The position numbers and the translations under genes were made by a program. Below the pieces are notes generated by a model. The model had not been told where the DNA came from, did no database searches, and saw only the letters and a program-made list of their open reading frames with translations. A stretch of DNA of 62,686 nt, filler included, from Circinaria calcarea (lineage: Eukaryota), in NCBI GenBank assembly GCA_051942165.1. It is 26 parts of 26 records of this genome, joined end to end, with 100 filler letters (N's around TTAATTAATTAA, not from the genome) between each part and the next. Parts side by side here need not be neighbours in the genome. Positions count along the whole stretch, not along the records: positions 60,384 to 62,686 come from JAVECS010003674.1; 25 more parts are not named here. The stretch is one strand, 5' to 3'. The stretch's first letter is position 1, and each line of letters opens with the position of its first letter. This document shows, in pieces, positions 60,749-62,686 of this stretch.

Positions 60749-62686
60749 CTAATAAACAACTCCCTCTTTAGACATGTCATTCATGCCCCATCCGCACGGC
60801 ACGCCCCACGTCGATGAGAGCCTGATCAACTCCCGGCGTGGGTCTCTCTTTCCCACTTTGACGTTAGCGATTTCCCAAGCCTTTGGTGCAACATAAGTGC
60901 CCATTGCATCCGCACTCTTGTTGCTCCACTTCTCTATGGGCTCGATGCCAAGCTTGTCGGAACCGAACGCCTGGACTAGATGTACGAATAGCTCCTTGTA
61001 TGTAGCTGGACTCTTATCCCAGCTGCCGAGGCGTTGATATGTTCGCTTGAGCAGCTCAAGGTGTTTCCTCGCCGTCAGCGGGCGGTCGCATCCTTGAATT
61101 TTCTCTTCTCCATCCTCATCGTCGTCGGAGAGTGTATAGCGCAGGATGTCTTCATGTAACCCCATAGCCTCACGGTGGCGGTCGGCAGAGCTGTAAAGAG
61201 ATGAGAGCAGTGTATACATGTCAAGCGTAACAGCGTCCAAGTAGCCCCGTGCCCAACGAAGATTGTAGCTGATGTCTTCGCAAAGGTGGATAGCCGAACT
61301 GTGATGCCCATAGCTGAAGCGTGCTTGTACAAGGCTGCGTCCGATACTGATGATGGTATCTTGGGACCAGGTTTTCTGAACTTCTCGAGAATTCCAAAGT
61401 TGTGCGAGGAGCCACTACGGAAGAGAGAGATTAGTACAAATAATACGATGAGATAGTAGGAAACTTACCTCGAGGTCTTCAAAGTTATGCTGATCTCCGA
61501 AAAGTCCGACCAGACCATTGAGATCTTCGATCTTAAGTTGAGCAAAGTTGATTTCGGATAACTTGCAGGCATCAAGAACATGCCGAATTATGTCTTGCGA
61601 GAGCTTCAGCATTAGGGCAACAAGTTTCTTATCTGGACTCCTGCCGACACCGCGACCAGCCATTGAGAGGGACAGTTTAAAGCCATGGCCAATGTTCTGG
61701 GAATCGTAGAGAGCCCGTTGAGAAACGATGAAGTGGAAAGCACAAGCCGCCAATTCATATGCTTCTTGGAAGCTGCCCTGGTGGAGGAGAACCTTGACTG
61801 CATTGTTACTTGCAATGCAGGCTGCGTGACTGATGGAAACACCACGCGGCTGACCCCCCAGTTCTTCGAAAACACAAATGTAAAAAGCAAACGTTGTCGT
61901 CTTTTGGAGTTTAAGCGACGAGATCCACTTCGTGCTGAAGATCTCATAGAGTTGATCATCGAGGAGCTTGAGTTGATACTCACGCTTTCGGGTGGCCAGA
62001 AAAAATCGAAGGCGCGCGCCATGCGTAACAATTGTCTCGAAATCGGCTCCCTGGTCGATATACTGCGTGAGTGATTCGTAGAGAATAGTCTCAGCTAAAA
62101 GGTCTGCCATCATCTCAGAATAGCAGACGCTCGAGGTTCCTCGGAGGGTCTCCCTAAAAGTTACTAAGAAGACGTAAGACTGCCTCTCCACCTGATGGTC
62201 AAGCTTGAGCCCAAATTCTTTGTTGAAACTTGTGTTCTTGGCAATTATGATACACTGCAGCTGCCTGAGTAGCTCTTCACCGTGCTCAAACAATTTCACA
62301 GCTGCATAAATAGAAGCCAACGCAATGGCCGAGCTGTGAAGTCTGCTGGATAAAGTCTCCTTAGTAATGACTTCTAAAACGCTGATTTGGAGAAGTTTGA
62401 CAATGGTTGCGTGAGTTTCCGCAGAATCCAGTCTCTTATATAGAAAGATAAGCTCTCTCAGTGCATCAAGCGTCGATTCGTGCCAACATCCGAATTGGAG
62501 CCTATTAACCTCATATCGCTCTCTGACAAGCGTAATGGCTCTCTGAATCGTGGTCTTGGAGGTTGTAGAGGACGAGTTGATAACTTTCACGTAAAGTTTC
62601 GTCAAACGGTTCCTCGCTGTCGTAACAGTAGTGGTTGAAAGGGTGGTCGTGGTCGCAGTAGTTGTGGTTGTGGTAGTCTTTTTAAT
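60749..62686 (-). CDS. C-terminal helical region of a large fungal NACHT/NLR-like protein (intron 61415-61468)
   Basis: About 625 spliced codons with TPR-like helices (FGCWHESTL.AL.EL, WLL.QLW.SR..Q..W, AIHLCEDI.YNLR...G.LD..TL) and a poly-Thr tract. The NACHT domain itself is off-contig, so the family is inferred. Confidence 0.55.

Noticed and set aside
1..62686. tRNA, rRNA, CRISPR or prokaryotic features
   Set aside because: None recognised by eye; tRNAscan-SE/Infernal would be needed to exclude short ncRNAs.

Overview
Eukaryotic DNA from a filamentous ascomycete (Pezizomycotina-type 45-160 nt GT-AG introns, TTAGGG telomere). It is not one locus. It is 26 unrelated short contigs (2327 down to 2303 bp, sorted by length) joined by 100-nt artificial linkers (N44-TTAATTAATTAA-N44), so gene neighbourhood only holds within a ~2.3 kb contig. 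Recognisable genes, many cut by contig ends: DHA1 MFS transporter, DHFR, SFC1 carrier, promethin, S10 carboxypeptidase, FHS sugar permease, GCP3/Spc98, Rrg1-type methyltransferase, methylmalonate-semialdehyde dehydrogenase, hexokinase, Sec27, O-methyltransferase plus UstYa oxidase, BTB protein, OXR1, Hsp20, glucosidase I and an NLR-like protein. Several pseudogenes are missed by the ORF track (GH53, glycine amidinotransferase, DUF7730-like, a subtelomeric putative protease). The most striking item is contig 29064-31378. It looks like the whole internal region of a non-autonomous LTR retroelement (RIP-eroded LTR end, PBS, PPT, next LTR start). Its only reading frame is not gag/pol but a RIP-inactivated BIR (IAP) domain + coiled coil + C2H2 zinc finger protein, and a second family's solo LTR is nested in its leader. 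Also present: two TA-flanked MITEs, an interleaved A-B-A'-B' inverted-repeat array, a chromosome end and a fold-back assembly artefact. All family calls come from motif recognition by eye; no database search was run.
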